Assembly (NCBI GenBank): GCA_047947115.1
Contig: CP170459.1
Span: 3,200,001-3,264,000 of the forward strand
Reading direction: 5' to 3'
DNA length: 64,000 nucleotides
DNA from: Verrucomicrobiota bacterium
Lineage (GTDB): Bacteria; Verrucomicrobiota; Verrucomicrobiia; Limisphaerales; AAA164-E04
In this document: one piece after another, positions 62,313 through 64,000 of the stretch
How positions within the stretch are numbered: position 1 is the first letter of the stretch
Layout: every line of letters starts with the position of its first letter
Program-made: the position numbers and the translations under genes
The notes under the pieces: model-generated
The model's input: the letters and a program-made list of their open reading frames with translations, nothing else
Database searches by the model: none
What the model was told of the DNA's origin: nothing

Positions 62313-62720
62313 TCAACGGCCTTTTTGTATCGGCGTGAACTGCCACTTGAGAAGCCCCTTTGCCCACGCCCAGGCCAACCCTTCCATCAATAAAAAGACA
62401 AAAAGGATCAAGGCTCCAACCGCTCCCCATGGCAGATCCCGATAAACCGATGCAATGGGAAGTAAAAATAAAATCTCCACGTCAAAAACCAGGAAAATGA
62501 TGCCGTACACGTAGTATTCGGCTTTGAGCGGCATCCATTGCGTGTCTCCTGTTTCCAGGCCGCACTCATACACCGCATTTTTTACTTCATCAGGCCGGGC
62601 GGTGCCCACCCAACGCGTCCAGATGCGCGCCAGCAAAACAGGAACCAGACCCATCAACAGTGCTGAAACAGTAAACACACCCAATAACAGATAGGGAGGA
62701 TAGGCAGTGCTGGATTCCAT
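62313..62720 (-). CDS. nuoA: complex I subunit A
   Basis: [22 protein letters not shown]. Confidence 0.94.
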   Translation of the reverse strand: MESSTAYPPYLLLGVFTVSALLMGLVPVLLARIWTRWVGTARPDEVKNAVYECGLETGDTQWMPLKAEYYVYGIIFLVFDVEILFLLPIASVYRDLPWGAVGALILFVFLLMEGLAWAWAKGLLKWQFTPIQKGR

Positions 62721-62765
62721 TGGTTGAAGTGACGGTCTTGCTGTGTTTCCGGGTTTCGTTGTTGC

Positions 62766-63044
62766 TCAATTGTCTTTGGGCGGTGCCTGCGGGATCAGAC
62801 CTACAGAATGGGCGATGTCGGCAAATTCTTCTCTGGAAACATTGTCCAGGTTCTTTCCTCTTTTGGACAGCCTCTCATTGATCTTGACGGCTTTTTCCAC
62901 CATGCAATCGTGCGTTTCCGCTGACCCACCCACCAGGGCGAAGTTTTCACCTTTGGTAATTCGCTTATGGCCATCGGAATCCAATCCGACACCCAGCATC
63001 ATTGTCTTGCCGTTTCTCTTGCTGTTGTTTGGTATGTTGGCCAT
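62766..63044 (-). CDS. small hypothetical protein upstream of nuoA
   Basis: 92 aa, protein-like sequence (LGVGLDSDGHKRITKGENFALVGGSAETH), co-oriented, 45 bp before nuoA. Confidence 0.7.
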   Translation of the reverse strand: MANIPNNSKRNGKTMMLGVGLDSDGHKRITKGENFALVGGSAETHDCMVEKAVKINERLSKRGKNLDNVSREEFADIAHSVGLIPQAPPKDN

Positions 63045-63166
63045 ACGGTTTTCAAAGTAATCGCTTCAACCAAATGTGCAATGATGAACTGAATAAAAGT
63101 AAAGTTTCTACCTCCGAAACGGCTCGGAGATTGACATTGTGCAAGGTTCCTCTTCTATTGGATGGT

Positions 63167-64000
63167 ATGATGAAATCGTACGTCAGATTCTTCGCCGTTA
63201 TTGGCGGATACATCATGGGCTGGACAGTGGGGGTGAACGCCGCCCAAACCGGCGTGATCAATGCCGAACGTGTGAATGTGAGAACCCAGCCTTCCATTGT
63301 CAGTGAAGTGGTCGCTCAGGTGAACACCGGTGATAAGGTGCAGGTGCTGGAATTCATTACCTTGAACGACACTATTCCCGGTAATCCCGCTGAATGGTAC
63401 CGCATTGCCGTGCCGGAAGGCGCCAAGTTCTGGGTTTCGGGAGATTACATTGATAGCGGAGATGATACAGTCACCGCCAGCCAACTGAATGTGCGAGCCG
63501 GTCCGGGACAATCTTATACGGTTATGGCCCGGTTGAACCGGGGGGAAAAAGTGGAGCGTATTCTCGAGTCAGACGGATGGGTCTCCATCAAGCCTCCAGC
63601 CGAAGCTTTCGCATATGTCGCAACAAGTCTGGTGGATCTGGACGATGCAGTCGCGGAGGAAACCAAATCTCAAGAACCTCCGCCGGTTGTGATCCTGGAT
63701 GATCCCAGTTCCGGTCACACAACCATTCTCAAATCAACCGTTGAAGGCAATCAAGCCGATGAAACTGTTTCCGAAGAGTCAACTCAACCAACGGAACCTG
63801 AAAAATCCCGGGAAGAGGAGGAGGTTGTAAAGGAAGTGGAATCGATTCCTCCTGCTGAAGTCAGCACTCAGGAGGAAATGGCAGAAATCAAACCTCAAGA
63901 CGAACAGGCGACCCCGATCACCGAAGAGAACACAGCGACCGAAGTGCAGGAATCCGGACTCAGGCCCATTGATGTGCCTGTTCCCATGATTCCTTCCGAC
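63167..64000 (+). CDS. secreted protein with two SH3b domains and an acidic Pro/Glu-rich linker (3'-truncated; absent from ORF track)
   Basis: Manual translation: MMKSYVRFFAV..VNVRTQPS..GDKVQVL..EWYRI..WVSGDY..LNVRAGPG..GEKV..GWVSI..AYVA; TTGACA at 63131. Confidence 0.85.
   Translation, partial: MMKSYVRFFAVIGGYIMGWTVGVNAAQTGVINAERVNVRTQPSIVSEVVAQVNTGDKVQVLEFITLNDTIPGNPAEWYRIAVPEGAKFWVSGDYIDSGDDTVTASQLNVRAGPGQSYTVMARLNRGEKVERILESDGWVSIKPPAEAFAYVATSLVDLDDAVAEETKSQEPPPVVILDDPSSGHTTILKSTVEGNQADETVSEESTQPTEPEKSREEEEVVKEVESIPPAEVSTQEEMAEIKPQDEQATPITEENTATEVQESGLRPIDVPVPMIPSD

Noticed and set aside
1..64000. CRISPR array, rRNA, prophage, transposase or integrase
   Set aside because: No regularly spaced repeats, rRNA-like tracts or such protein motifs were seen by eye.

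Overview
Moderately GC-rich bacterial chromosome segment. Its gene content (DUF1501, DUF1549/DUF1553, PVC-type CxxCH heme proteins, sulfatase, BNR and GH127 enzymes) points to the PVC superphylum, most likely Verrucomicrobiota; this is an inference. It carries housekeeping genes (ctpA-tsaD, argG, a stand-alone fusA, tRNA-Pro(UGG), uvrB), a VapBC toxin-antitoxin pair, an ECF sigma/anti-sigma pair, glycan-degrading enzymes and a cluster of exported heme proteins. The most notable element is a complete respiratory complex I-like operon on the minus strand, nuoA-B-C-D-I-H-J-K-L-M1-M2-N. It has two nuoM genes, no nuoEFG and a ~26-residue-longer NuoL lateral helix, and its second NuoM lacks the canonical TM7 lysine while carrying a new lysine next to the TM5 glutamate. 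Other observations: a zinc-ribbon gene split at a C9 run, a coiled-coil + winged-helix basic protein behind an AT-rich region, a degenerate spermidine-synthase-like membrane protein, a MITE-like element and recurrent leaderless promoters. No CRISPR array, rRNA, transposase or integrase was seen. All calls come from motif recognition by eye; no searches were run.
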